Notes: generated by a model not told the origin, from the sequence alone. Numbered from the stretch's first letter, positions 1 through 13,869 are shown. The stretch: DNA of 64,000 nucleotides from Octopus sinensis (GCF_006345805.1 NC_043022.1:8804001-8868000), one strand, 5' to 3'. Program-made: numbers and translations.

Positions 1-183
1 TGTACCCCTACTGTCACGTTCTTGTTAGATTGACGGTATACACCCATTCTATCGCCCCACCACCGTACATGTCTCTACGAGAGATTTAGAAATTCAATAT
101 TTCTTATTTTGATAATCAGTGAATAGACTTCACTGGATATAGATATATACAATTACGAAGTCGAGGCAAATATCACCAGCTGA

Positions 184-254
184 CCGGTGTCTGCTACTCT
201 AGGCCGATGAAGGACAACGATCCTGAAACACGGTGTCCCTAGATGCAGTTCCGG
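184..254 (+). ncRNA. Minimal type I hammerhead ribozyme motif with U4C core variant (PLE-terminus type)
   Basis: tctagg(198-203)-CCGATGA(204-210)-agga/caacga/tcct-GAAA(225-228)-cacggt-GTC(235-237)-cctaga(238-243). Stem I extends through ccgg..ctgc / gcag..ccgg. Folded by eye. Confidence 0.7.
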
Positions 255-327
255 CAGCCGGGGGTGTTTGTCTCCCCTTCGTATATGTATATAAGGACAC
301 AGGGAAAAAATGTGTCAAAGCTATCAG

Positions 328-534
328 GAGGCGTTCGATACCAACAGAAGAAAGAGTGCGAGAAAGAGTGGTGAAAGAGTACAGCAGGGATCACCACCCC
401 CTGCCGGAGCCTCGTGGAGCTTTTAAGTGTTTTCGCTCAATAAACACACACAACGCCCGGTCTGGGAATCGAAACCGCGAGTCCGCTGCCCTAACCACTA
501 GTCTGCTGCCCTAACCACTAGGCCATTGCACCTC

Positions 535-538
<4 letters not shown>
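328..538 (-). mobile_element. tRNA-derived SINE with internal head duplication
   Basis: The minus strand starts gtggaggtgcaatggcctagtggttagggcagc (A-box-like), has ctagtggttagggcagc twice, then a B-box-like ggtttcgattccc. Confidence 0.75.
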
Positions 539-565
<27 letters not shown>

Positions 566-624
566 CTTACGGAGATGTACTTGCATAGCGAGTGACTTGA
601 TCTGAGATCGTGTGCTGGAACGAA

Positions 625-912
625 AACAATTGCAGCGTGGAAGGTGTTTATAAGCCATTTAAGAAACACACAAAACCGTTAGATTCACTTCAACATTTAA
701 ATTTAATTTGTCAAAATATTTTCGTCACTATGAGACTGCGACCTGTTCACTTACAAAGCTTCGTGATGCAGCATGAAGCTTTGTGAGTGAACAGGTCGTG
801 GTCTCAAAGTGACGAAAATATTTTGACAAATTAAATTTATATGTTGAAGTGAATCTAACGGTTTTGTGTGTTTCTTAAATGGCTTATAAACACCTTCCAC
901 GCTGTAATTGTT
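625..912. repeat. Near-perfect foldback palindrome (~140-bp arms, centre ~770), PLE-terminus-like
   Basis: aacaattgcagcgtggaaggtgtttataagcc... is mirrored by ...ggcttataaacaccttccacgctgtaattgtt, with a few substitutions between the arms. Confidence 0.9.
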
Positions 913-1039
913 ATATATATATACATGTATGTATATATATATATTATCATCATCTGAAAGTCCACCCGTTCATGCTTCCATGGGATTTACACACACATAT
1001 ATACATGTACCTCCTCTTTAGTGAGACATCTGCTTCTGT

Positions 1040-1420
1040 CTCTCTGTCTCTCTTTAACCATTTATTATCTGACACAAGATCACCACTTCCAATGACCCCA
1101 CCTCTCTCAAAATTCCTCGTCTTGCAAAATTACTTGGTGACCCTGCCAGTGCTGGTGCCATGTAAAAAGCATCCAGTCCACACTGTGAAGTGGTTGGTAT
1201 TTGGAAGGGCATCCAGCTGTAAAAACCATGCCAAAACAGACCTTGCCTGTGCTAGTGTCATGTAAAAAGCACACAGGGGGATTGGTGTTAGGATGGGCAT
1301 CCAGCTGTAAAAACCATGCCAAAACAGACACTGAAGCCTGGTATAGTCTTCTACCTGACCAGCCTGTCAGGCCATCCAACTGATGTCAACATGGAAGAAG
1401 GACATTAAATGATGATAATG
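1040..1420 (+). mobile_element. SINE/non-autonomous retroposon with RTE-type 3' tail and internal duplication
   Basis: gggcatccagctgtaaaaaccatgccaaaacagac occurs twice. It ends ...aacatggaagaaggacattaaatgatgat, a tail shared with many copies in the window. Confidence 0.7.
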
Positions 1421-1461
1421 ATGATGATATATATATATGCTCACACACACACATTTCACAA

Positions 1462-2250
1462 ATCTACTGAGGACATGTGTAAGCTTGCAAGGGATGAAGC
1501 CAGTATCCTCCACTGGATGTGTAATGTCAGTGTGCATACACAACAGTGTAAGCACCTTGAGAGAAAGGTTGGACTTAAGAAGCATCAGATGTGGTGTGCA
1601 AGAGAGACAACTGCACTGGTATGGTCATGTGTTGCGAATGGATGAGGACAGGTATGTGAAAAAGTGTTGCACCCTAGCAGTTGAGGGAATCTGTGGAAGA
1701 GAGGTAGACCCAGGAAGACCTGGGATGAGGTGGTGAAGCACAACCATCGCACATTGGGCCTCACTGAGGCAATGACAAGTGACCAAGACCTTTGGAGATA
1801 TGCTGTGCTTGAGAAGACCCGGCAAGCCAAGTGAGACCATAACCATGGCTTATGCCAGTGCTGCATAACCAGCCCATTTAAGAGTATCCTTCAGTCATTG
1901 GATAATAAACTATGCTTGCAAGTGAAATCATTGTCATGGCCAATGACAGTACCGCCTGATTGGCACCCGTGCCAGTGGAATGTTAAAAGCACCATTCGAG
2001 CATGGTCGTTGCCAGTGCCGTCAGACTGGCTCCAGTGCAAGTGGTGCATAAAAAGCACCATTTGAGCATGCTTGATGCCAGTACCACCTGACTGGCCCTT
2101 GTGCCGGTGGCACGTAAAAGCACACAATACACTCTTGTAGTGGTTGGCGTTAGGAAGAGCATCCAACTTTAGAAAATTTGCCTTCTGGCTCACCAGCCTT
2201 CATTCAAACCGTCCAACCCATACCAGCATGGAAAGTGGACGTTAAATGAT
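1462..2250 (+). mobile_element. RTE-clade LINE 3' end (degenerate ORF C-terminus plus 3' UTR)
   Basis: Translation LRERLDLRSIRCGVQERQLHWYGHVLRMDEDRYVKKC matches the RL.W.GHV.RM motif of RTE ORF ends. It is followed by tandem hairpin UTR units and a tail ending ggacgttaaatgatg. Confidence 0.85.
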
Positions 2251-2639
2251 GTTGCCTATACATGTGTGTATGTATTTATGTGTATATGTGTGACTGCAGG
2301 CATGTATGCATGTATAGCAGGATCTCTGAAGACCATATACAGTTTCCAGGGTTTATATAAGTTCTACCTAGTTTTCTTTCAATGACAATTAGACAATATC
2401 AGGTTATGAATGAAAAAAGAAAAGAAAATCCAATGAAGAAATTTGTTTCAGTTGTTTACTGATGTGATGTTATATATAGTTGATATCTAGTTTATATTTA
2501 TGTATGCATTTGTGTATGTATGTTTAAAAGGGGAGGTGAGAATATATGTAGCCAGTTGGTTAGTCACTATTGTTGCTATCAGAAATGGGTGTTAACCAAT
2601 ATGTCAGCAGTCGATAACAGTTTCTGGTGAATTGGTTAC

Positions 2640-2798
2640 ATTCAACAACAACAACACCTACTACTACAACAACAACAACAACTACTACTACTACTACCAA
2701 TAATAATAATAATGATGATGACGATAATGATGTTGGTTTCTTTCATAATACCACTATTATTATTACTATTACTACCACTATTGTCGCTGCTACTACTT

Positions 2799-2834
<36 letters not shown>

Positions 2835-2930
2835 TTATACTACCACTATTATACTACCACTACCACCACCGCCACCACCACCACTATTACTACTGCAGTA
2901 ACAACAATAACAACAACAACACATTTTAAC
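2640..2930. repeat. Compound trinucleotide microsatellite (CAA/CTA/TAA/CAC)
   Basis: Direct inspection. It explains ORFs 2627..2929 and 2712..2990. Confidence 0.95.
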
Positions 2931-3167
2931 AACTGTTATTTGTTACAAAACTTAATTCTCATAAAAGGAAGAATATTTAGTTCAGTCTGACTGACTTCTT
3001 TCTGTGGTTCCTTAGATCTTCTCTCTGCTGTTACCCTTTCTCCCTCTCTCTCTCTCTCTCTCTCTCCCTCCCAGTTTCCATCATGCTCCTCTTTATGTTT
3101 ATCTCTTCTATCTAGCCTCTTCATTAGTCCTATTCTATTTACATTTATATGCATATATATATATATA

Positions 3168-3230
<63 letters not shown>

Positions 3231-3421
3231 TACACATATATGCACACACACAACAACACATACTCATATAATATGAATATACTTATGTGTATATAAACAA
3301 ACCTACATAAATGTTATACGTTTATAAACAGCAAATTATAAATGTATACATCTTTGTATAAATACCTAAATTCAAAATGCATACATGGGCACATATGTAC
3401 ATGTGACTGTCTGTGAGTATA

Positions 3422-3452
<31 letters not shown>

Positions 3453-5794
3453 GTGTGTGTGTATGCGTAGACACACATATACATTTATGCTTATAACTAC
3501 ATATATCTTTATGCATATACATATATATGCATACGTGTATACATACAGTTAGACGTTTATATGCATACACACACACACATTCATTTGCTGCTGTTTCACA
3601 TTGATTTCTTATCCCACTCAGCATCTATTGTTTGCCAACTCCATCCTAGTGAATACTGCTAAATTCCTCGCCAAGGATCAAGTGGGTTGCATAGATGCAA
3701 AACAATTGCATCCAACCATTCCTTTACTCTTCAATAATGAACTTTAACTATAAACAATATCTGCAATTTTTCTGGTATCTTTGCTTCAGTTCCTCTTTCC
3801 TCTTCCACTCAATCTCCCCTACTGCATCCGCCTCCTTTTTGATTGATGCTTCAAAATGAGATCTGACTTCATAGCATTTTCTTTCATTTTTTTCACTTTT
3901 CTTTGTTAGAGAGAGAAAGAGATAGAGAGATGGCATGAAAGAAGTAAGAGTGGGAGGGGGGTTCAGGGTCTTTATTTTTGAATTTTTTTGTAAAGTTATT
4001 CATCATTATTATTATTGTTATTACTATTATTAGCGCAGCTCATTATTCCACCTCATTTCATACGTTAAATTTTTCTGACGTGTAAACTAATAGAAAGTAG
4101 GGCTTTTGTGTTCCATTTTTGCCAAGAAAACAGAGCCAGATAGACAAACTCTTTGGTAGGTGTTTAGGAATTTGAGAATTGTTTAGAGATAGTTTTAAAG
4201 ATGCGGTGTTTTCTGAGGCAGCAAAATGTAGATTTATTTAGATCAGTGCTGGTTCTGTTTAAAATGAAAAGATTAAAAGCTACAGGGACATAAACAAACC
4301 AACACCAGTTGTCAAGTGGTGGTGGAGACATACACACGCACACACACATACAATAGGCTTTTTTCAGTTTCCTTGAAACTCGATACAGCTCCTCAGCTTA
4401 CAAGTTTTCAGTCAAACCAGCCAACCCATGCCAGCATGGAAAACAGATGTTAAAAATGATGTCTACCAAATCTGACAAGGCTTTGATCAGCACTAGACAA
4501 TAACACAAGACACTTGCCCAAGGAGTCACACAATGGCACTGAACCTGGTACCATGTAGTCGGGAAGCAATCTTCTTCCCACTCAGGGGATCTGTGAGTGT
4601 GTTTATTATTGATGCAATGACCTTCCTAAAATACAATACAGTACAGTTTGCATCCATAAAATTCTTCCTTCTTCACATAGTGTTGGAGAAGTTTAAAAAG
4701 TTTGAACCCATCTTAATGGCATTAAACATGACTGTCTGTCCACCCCTTGTCAATCTTCATAGCCCAGCCTTAAACTCCTAATCTGAAACACTGATCTAAT
4801 GTGTCACCACCTCCACCCTTGTTTTCTTAATGTGGTTTAAAACGAAGCTTTTAACATATCTAAAGCACAAAAAAAAACCAACATCTTCAAAATATCCAGC
4901 AAGGCATCCTGGAGCTTAATAGTCAGGATTAGGCTTTCATTTCAAACAAATAGCGATTAAATATGATAACCAAACATTACTAATTATTGTAAAACACAAC
5001 TTCTGAAAACAAGTTTGGTGGTTACGAAATGATTTGATTAAAAAAAAAAACTGTTTTTGAATGACCATAAAAAAGTTTGTTTGTGACTGATGAGTAAAAG
5101 TAGGATAATATTTAAATTTAACTATCAGACAAACACAAGATATTACTTAAAAAACAAAAAGAAAGTCTACATCTTTATTATATGAAATCAATACATAGGG
5201 ACGGACTAAGGCCACAAAGTGTTCAAGAGATAATGATGCTGATTATGTAATGATAATAATAATGAAGGTGACAGTGATGGTGGTGGTGGTGGTGGCATTG
5301 GAAGTATGATGATGATGATAATTTGGAATGAAAGTGTGTATATGTACAGAAAAATTTGGAACCACTCTGCTTGATAGTTAATGTGAATGTGTAAATGTTG
5401 CAACAAAAATATATAAGCTGTCTTTCATCATTTCATTTGTTTCGGTCATTGGAGTGCAGTTATGCTGGGGCGGCTCTGCTTTGTAGGTTTTAGTCTAACA
5501 AATTGATCCCAATACTTATTTTCGAATTTAGTACTTATTCCATCAGTCTTTCGTTGCTGAACCATTAAGTAACATGGACATAAACAAACATTAGTTGTCA
5601 AGCACTTAAAAGCCATAACACAAAGACACACATCTGCATACACACACAAGCAGACATGCACACACATGTGCATACATACAAACATATATACATACATACA
5701 CACACATTATATATATATATATATTATCAATGGAAGCAGTATTAATACCTAAAGGTAATTTTTATATCCTGCTCAACATGAATGCCTTGTTAGA

Positions 5795-5850
<56 letters not shown>

Positions 5851-5968
5851 TATGTATGTATACAAGTATATATGTATATACACACATATATATACACGTG
5901 TGTATATATGTATATATATATATACATAGATATGTGTGTGTGTATATATATAGATATACATGTGTATA

Positions 5969-6026
<58 letters not shown>

Positions 6027-6199
6027 GATAATAATGGGGAATATAATTCCAAACTTACAGGGAAAAATTCAATTTAGCAATTCTAAATCAAATTTCACAA
6101 TATATAATATATGTATATAATTAAGAGAAATAACCTCTATTAAGTAATTCAAGAGTGAAAGACATTATTATAGAAAAATTTAAATATACTATAATAAAT

Positions 6200-7115
6200 A
6201 TTGTTCGAAAAATCACTAAATTAAATAAACATTAAATTGACTATGCGCGTTTCGTGATTATATCTTTAAATCAGTAATGATAAAAATCGATACTATTAAA
6301 ATTAATTCGATTTAAGATTATAGCTACTCTTCAGGTCTAAAATAATAAAATAAATGTATGTATCTTAGCATAAAATAATTAACAAATAAATATAGAAATC
6401 ATCATCATTTATCGTTTAATGTCCGCTTTCCATGCTAGCATGGGTTGGATGATTTTGATGGAGGGCTGGCGAACCAGATGGCTGCACCAGGCTCCAATCT
6501 CGATCTAGCAGAGTTTCTACAGCTGGATGCCCTTCCTAACGTGAGCCACTCCGAGAGTATAGCAGGTGCTTTTACATGCCACCGGCACAGGGGCCAGTCA
6601 GGCAGCACTGGCAATGACTTTGCTTGAATCTTCTTACACATGCCTCCGGCACAGATGCCAGTAAGGCGACACTGGTAACAATCATGCTTGAATGCTGCCT
6701 TTTACATGCCACCGGCATGGAAGCCAGTTAGCCGCTCTGGCAACGATCATGCTACGTATCATAACAATAAATAATCAAATAAAATGTAATAATATCAATG
6801 AAAAATAAAATCATAACTAATCTTATTGAAGAAAACCAGTTAACTGGTTTGTTATGATTTTATTTTTCATTAATATTATTACATTTTATTCGATTATTTA
6901 TTGTTATGATACATATATTTCTATATTTATTTGTTAAATATTATATGTTAAGATACATACATTTATTTTATTATTTTAGACCTGAAGAGTGGCTATATTT
7001 TTAAATTGATTTAATCTTAATAGTATCGATTTTATTATTATTGATTTGAAGATATACTCATGAAACGTGCATAGTCAATTTAATGTCTATTTGATTTAGT
7101 GGTTTTTTCAAATAA
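6200..7115. repeat. Large interrupted foldback element with HHR-like motifs in both arms
   Basis: 6200-6400 is the reverse complement of 6912-7115. An inner hairpin at 6756-6912 is centred on aaaccagttaactggttt (6833-6850), and a SINE interrupts the left arm. Confidence 0.85.
6401..6752 (-). mobile_element. RTE-tail SINE inserted into foldback arm
   Basis: catcatcat-ttaatgtccgctttccatgctagcatgggttgg tail with gccag/ctggc hairpin units; same family as 39285-39580 and 42845-43125. Confidence 0.85.
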
Positions 7116-7269
7116 TTTGAACTTACTCTCCGATATCTTTACTGAGTACCAAGTCATCAGGGTAAAGTGTCTATCTCTCTCTCTCTACACACACACACAC
7201 ATGTATATAAAATATGAGCACTTTTCACATGCACATATATAGACATACATGCTTATGCACACATGTAAC

Positions 7270-7450
7270 TGAAGGCACTTGGTTCATTGGTTAGAGTGTT
7301 GTGCTTGTGGTTATAGGATCATGGATTTAATTTGTGAATAGGGTGGTGTGTTGTGTCCTTGACCAAGGCATTTCATTTCACACGGCACTAGTATGTTCAG
7401 GTGTAAGTGAGTATCAGATTAGTGATGGTGCAACTGTGTCTCCTTTCAGT
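7270..7450 (+). mobile_element. Old tRNA-head SINE (degenerate)
   Basis: tggttcattggttagagtg head followed by gtgtccttgaccaaggcatttcatttcac; similar to 32020-32255. Confidence 0.55.
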
Positions 7451-8569
7451 TATTTTTGATGTTCCATTGGGTCCAAGATAGGAGAACTGAAAGCATGTCT
7501 GTGTCTTCTCATAAACACCTAAAACAATTAGCAAAAGCATGGTACATACTACCAACTCATACTTGCTTGTGAGTGATACCTATGGTTTTATATATAACCT
7601 ACATATTAAATATATGTATATATGCATGTACAAATACACATATATACTGCAACCAAATTTCTTCTACACCAATGCATCTCTGATAACCACAGTTTTATTG
7701 ATTAAAATTTGCTAAGTACACCTCAAAACATCTTTTTCTGCAGCTGTTTGTTCAGCGTGGGAGACTATTCATTGTATTTATGATGAATACCATCTTCAAC
7801 ATTAATGCTACAAATGCTACAACTATAAGCCATGTTAAATAACTGGTTGTTCTATTACTATTCCTTGAAGTAATCTTTTATTGGAAACTATAGCAATATT
7901 TGCCTTAAACCTGAATTCATCATGCAGAGAAGTACTACAAACAATATGTCTGGACATGACAACAACATCAGAGAAAAATGATGTAGGATGAAAAAAAAAA
8001 AAAAAAAGCAGAATCTAACAAGTTGTTGTAGGAGAAATCAAAATTATAAAGTACATTTTTCTTTTCTTGGAGTTATGAACTCAATAATGACATGTAATTG
8101 CTATAAATGGCCCAGAAATAATGATACCTCTGTTAGTTATATGAATGGGATGAAAATATGAGACAAACTTTACACTCAGCTAAATTATTTCATGACAAGA
8201 GAATTATACCAATAGGAAACATTTGAATATAAGAAGAGGGTTAATTGCTGTAATTTTACTCTCGCAAATGAAAACAGGAGGCAAGTAACAGCACATGAAC
8301 ACATTCCTAGAATACGTTCATGCAGCATGTCTGACAACGGAGCCGACACCAACTCTCACTAGGTTACCTTGTGGTAAAGCAGACTAACCACATTTAGCCG
8401 TTAGTGACCACAGCAGCTGTCAGGATAAAAAAGTACAAGTAGAAAAGCTAAAAAATATAAGTAATTAAGATGTATTATTTATGAAATGGTGGTGTCCTGG
8501 CTGAACCATTAGTGTATTGGACAAAATGCTTTCTACTGAGTTATTTGTGTCACATCTCAGTTCCTTCCA

Positions 8570-8860
8570 ACCTCTTTCAGATGCAACACTTTTCTGAATT
8601 CATACTGATTCAAATATTATTGCCAGCCATGTACATCCTGTAAGGTTTGATATTTGCAGCTTTCCATACCAGAATATTCTTTTGTTTGAGATGGTCCCAA
8701 GTGCACCGATCCCACTAGGTAACATGCTTTTGAGGCTCTATAGATGCTCCATTAAGCTTTGATCTACATAGCTTTTTCTCTCTACTGTTATATTTAAGAA
8801 ATTTTTTCCTTTGTCTTGCTGTTCAACATCTGGCCTAATTCTATTCACTGATATACTCAT
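8570..8860 (-). mobile_element. Degenerate Dong/R4-like (RLE) retrotransposon C-terminal fragment
   Basis: Minus-strand frames give NRIRPDVEQQDK..ERKSYVDQSLMEHL*SLKS, then IGALGTISNKRIFWYGKLQI..IQKS. This resembles the RPD...KY..L...IGALGT...IQK end of RLE domains and the better copy at 52707-52990. Confidence 0.5.
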
Positions 8861-8926
8861 TGTCTGGAAATAGTACTTCACTGCTGTCTACTTTTCACCC
8901 TCTCCACAGTTCAATAACAGCACAAT

Positions 8927-8941
8927 TTTATTATTATTATA

Positions 8942-9008
<67 letters not shown>

Positions 9009-9035
9009 CATCATTATTATTATTATTGATATTAT
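8927..9035. repeat. (TTA)n microsatellite
   Basis: Direct inspection. Confidence 0.95.
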
Positions 9036-9453
9036 TAAGGCAGCAAGGTGGCAGAATCATTAGCACGCTGTCTTTTGGATTTGGAACAGGAGAGAAAAAG
9101 ACTATTGATCTGCAGTAAGACTATCAGTTATATGGCATTACTTATCAGACATGAACAAATAGCTACATGTTTACTGCAAAAAACATTGAAAAATAGACAA
9201 AACTATTTGGAGATAGTAGAGGAAGATCATCATTTAACATTCACTTTTCCATGGGTCAAACAACATTTGTTGAAGCAGATTTTCTATGGCCTGATGTCCT
9301 TTCTATCACCAAGCAAGGCAACATTTGCCCATGGCCAGATGTTTTTTACGCAGAAGACTGGAAATGAACAACTTTGCTTGGATGATACTTGTTTACAGAC
9401 ATCGCATGATATCAAGACAAGGGTACACACACACACACACGCACGCATGCACG

Positions 9454-9502
<49 letters not shown>

Positions 9503-10206
9503 TCATAGATATGATGGAGTGTTTTTCATTTTTTGTCTACCAAATTTGGTCATAAGGCTTTGGTTTGCCCAGGACAATCATAGAAGACATTTACCCAATG
9601 TACCTCACCATGAGACTGAATCTAAAACTACAAGCTTCTTAACCACACAACAATACCTGAAAGAGCATCATCATCATCATCATCATCATCATTTAACATC
9701 CGCTTTCCAGTTGTCTGTTGTGACATGGTTTCTACAACTGGATACCCTTCCTAATGCCCAAAAGATTTCAGTATAAATTGACAACCATGGAGTTGTCTGA
9801 GAAATTTGACCATCAGAAGTGAGTAGTAGTAAAAAAAGATTAACAAGTAATCTTGTCAAAATTGGTCAGTAGTTTATTAAAAGATGAGGAGGTAGTCTCT
9901 AAAAATATTGAGGCAACTTCTCTGGTGGGAAATATAGAATGAGAAAATTGTAATTTAACAAGGATGCAATGTATTGAGAAGAAATCTGAATGAAGTATTT
10001 TCCCTCCTTTACACTGAAAGTATACACTTGTGACTGATGATATCTTTGAGACTGTAATACAAAAACTTCAGGATAGGTAAGTAGGTAAGCATGAAAGCAC
10101 CAGGAAGAGACTTGATTGTTGGCTACTGGTACTAAAAGCTGACCTTTTATCGGGAGTATCTTACTGACCTTTATGAGGAAAGCTGTCGATATACAAACAC
10201 ACTTAT

Positions 10207-10261
<55 letters not shown>

Positions 10262-10379
10262 TATATATTTGTATTGTGGTCTCTCCTGTGGTAGATGACA
10301 GATGGGAGCTCTGCAATTTCTCGTTGGACAAACTGCACAAGAGGTTTGTTTATAGTGATCAAATGTTAGTGATGTACAT

Positions 10380-10570
10380 TAGTTCACTCTCGCCATCAAA
10401 TCAACATTGCTTATATAAAGGTGCACAGCGTGCCACATGCCTGATGTTGAACTGATTGCAGGGTAACATGAAATGAAGTATTTTGCTCAAGAACACAACA
10501 CACTGCCTGGTCTGGGAATCAAAGCCACAACTTCATGGTTGAGTGCAACACACTAAACACTTGGCTACAT
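10380..10570 (-). mobile_element. tRNA-head SINE (same family as 34090-34200)
   Basis: ttttgctcaagaacacaacacactgcctggtctgggaatcaaa...ctaaacacttggctac is the reverse complement of a tRNA-like head. Confidence 0.6.
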
Positions 10571-10722
10571 GCCCTCACACACACACACACACACCTGCAT
10601 GCACACACGCATGTGTATGCACACACACACACACGTGCATGCACACACACACACACACACGTGCATGCACACACATACACACATATGCATGCACACACAC
10701 ACACGTGCATGCACACACACAC
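10570..10722. repeat. (CA)n array punctuated by gtgcatgcac palindromes
   Basis: Repeated acacacacgtgcatgcacacac units. Confidence 0.9.
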
Positions 10723-10729
10723 AGTCTTT

Positions 10730-11310
10730 TATTCTTTTACTTGTTCCTGTCACTTGACTGCAGCCATGCTGGAGCACTGCCTTTCAGTCGAATAAATCGG
10801 CCCCAGGTCTTATTCTTTGTAAGCTTAGTACTTATCCTATCGGTCTCTTTTGCTGAACCACTATGTTACGGGGATGTAAACACACCAACATCATTTGTCA
10901 AGTTCTGGTGGGGGGACAAACAGGCATGCCTGACGAAATGCGTAGGCGTATTTCATCTGCCGTTACGTTCTGAGTTCAAATTCTGCCGAGGTCGACTTTA
11001 CCTTTCATCCTTTCGGGGTCGATAAATTAAGCACCAGTTACGCACTGGGGTCGATATAATGGACTTAATCCGTTTGTCTGTCCTTGTTTGCCCCTTCTGT
11101 GTTTAGCCCCTTGTGGGTTGTAGAGAAATGGGTGGGGGGACAAACACAAATACGCACACACACACACACACACATATATACGACAGACTTCTTTCGGTTT
11201 CCATCTACGAAATCCACTCACAAGGCTTTGGTTGGCCTGAGGCTATAGCAGAAGACACTTGCCCAAGGTGCCATGCAGTGGGATTGAACCTGAAACCATG
11301 TGGCTGTTTC
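10730..11310 (-). mobile_element. Bipartite tRNA-derived SINE (family A) with nested family-B SINE at 10925-11125
   Basis: The ttttacttgttcctgtcacttgactgcagccatgctggagcac tail half and the ttcggtttccatctacgaaatccactcacaaggc...accatgtgg head half flank a + strand gagttcaaattctgccgaggtcgac SINE. Confidence 0.85.
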
Positions 11311-11575
11311 AGTCATTGGATTGCTGCTGTGCCTGGGCACCACATTGAAGGATTTAGTCGAATAAAACAACCTCAATATTTAGAATTTTTCTTAAAGTCT
11401 GATGCTAATTCTATCAGCCTTTTTTGCTGAACTGCTAATTTTATGAGGGTGTAAACAAACTAACACCAATCGTCAACTGGTAAAGGCAAACAAATGCAAA
11501 CATGCAAAAAGAGAATGTCTGTCTGTCTGTGTGCGTGTGAGAGAGAGAGCAAGCATGTGTTAGTATATGGCTGTG

Positions 11576-11611
<36 letters not shown>

Positions 11612-12879
11612 CATGCATTGTATATGGGTGTGTATATGAAAAAGAGAGAGAGAGAGAGAGAAATGATGTAAATGTCTAAATGAATGAGTAGAGAAATTAA
11701 TTAATTTTGGTACGCAGCAAATTGTAAAAATCATATTTTCTATATTTATAGATTTTTCATTTTAATATCTTACATATAAAATATTTAAAAATGATGTCAT
11801 GATTTCTTCGTTTTTATTCACTCTTTTACTTTTCTTCTTCATCTCCTCCCTCCTCCTCTTCTTCCTCACAATGAAATATTTTCTTCATAATTTGAAAAAT
11901 CTGAAGCGAGCTGAAAAACATTCATTTTTAAAACCAAAGGCACGAATTTTATACGTTTTTATCCTTATTTGTCAAGATTTTCAAACATTTCAGCTACATA
12001 ATATATACATACACACACACACACATACACACACACACACACTTTGTAATTCACAAGGTTTAATTAATTATTTAATTAATTATTTAATAATAATAATAAT
12101 AATAATCATAATAAAATTAATAATAATGTGGATAAAAAAATCAATTATAATTCTCATGCATTCTTTCTGCTGCATGTAATAAAATTATCATCATCATTAA
12201 TTTTATTATCATTATTATTATTATTGTTGTTGTTGTAAGTAGTAGTAGTAGTGTCATCATTATTATTACTGCTGTCATAATCATCCAACTCATCATCATT
12301 ATTATTATTAGTTTGCTCATTTTTTAAAACCTTCATTTCGTTTGTTTTGTCAAAAACGGAAGTAAGAAGTTTGTCTCTGTTGTTAAGACAAAGAAGTAAA
12401 AAAAGAAAGAAAGAAAGCACGAAAATGACACACCACCACCACCAATATGGATTTACTCCTAAATCTGTCATGTGTTGTTTTGTTCCTGTCAAGTAATGCA
12501 ATCAGCATAATGTACATTGTCTTCAAGAAGTTGTCCTGTCTTCCACTGGTTGGTACTTCTTAAATCAGCAGTGTACCCTTCCCCCATCCTCTCTCTCTCT
12601 CTCTCTCTTACACAATATATTTATTTAGTTACAGTTTTATTATTTTGTTATTCAATCTCATCTTTCATTGAGTTCATCAGTTTGATACTTTTATGTTTGT
12701 ATTTGTGTGTCAGTAAGTTAGTATTTTATGTATGATGTGAGTCTGACTGTATGCGTGTGTGTGTGTGTGTGTTGTATGTGCTTGTGCATGTGTGTATATA
12801 TATATATATATCATATATGGGTGTGTGTATAAACATATATGTATCATCATCATCCTTTAACGTCCATTTTCTATGCTGG

Positions 12880-13580
<701 letters not shown>

Positions 13581-13742
13581 GCATATACAATCATGGTTTT
13601 CTGTGTGTGTATGTTAAGTTAATTATTTATTTTTCCCTTTTGATATCATTTTCATATTTTTTTCCAATAACTTCCGGTCTGTATTCTATTACATCTTAGA
13701 AACAATGAAACTATTTTTCTATGAACCATCCACAATGGAAAG

Positions 13743-13777
<35 letters not shown>

Positions 13778-13869
13778 ATAATTGTTTTTCTTTTTCCTGC
13801 AGATTCAATTGTTTTTAACATGTTAATCATTGATTATTACCCCACCCGTCACCCACCATGCCCTCACAT

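Noticed and set aside
9048-9776. 242-aa ORF
   Set aside because: It is a mosaic of a SINE head, SINE tail pieces, a (CA)n run and (CAT)n, with no recognisable domain.
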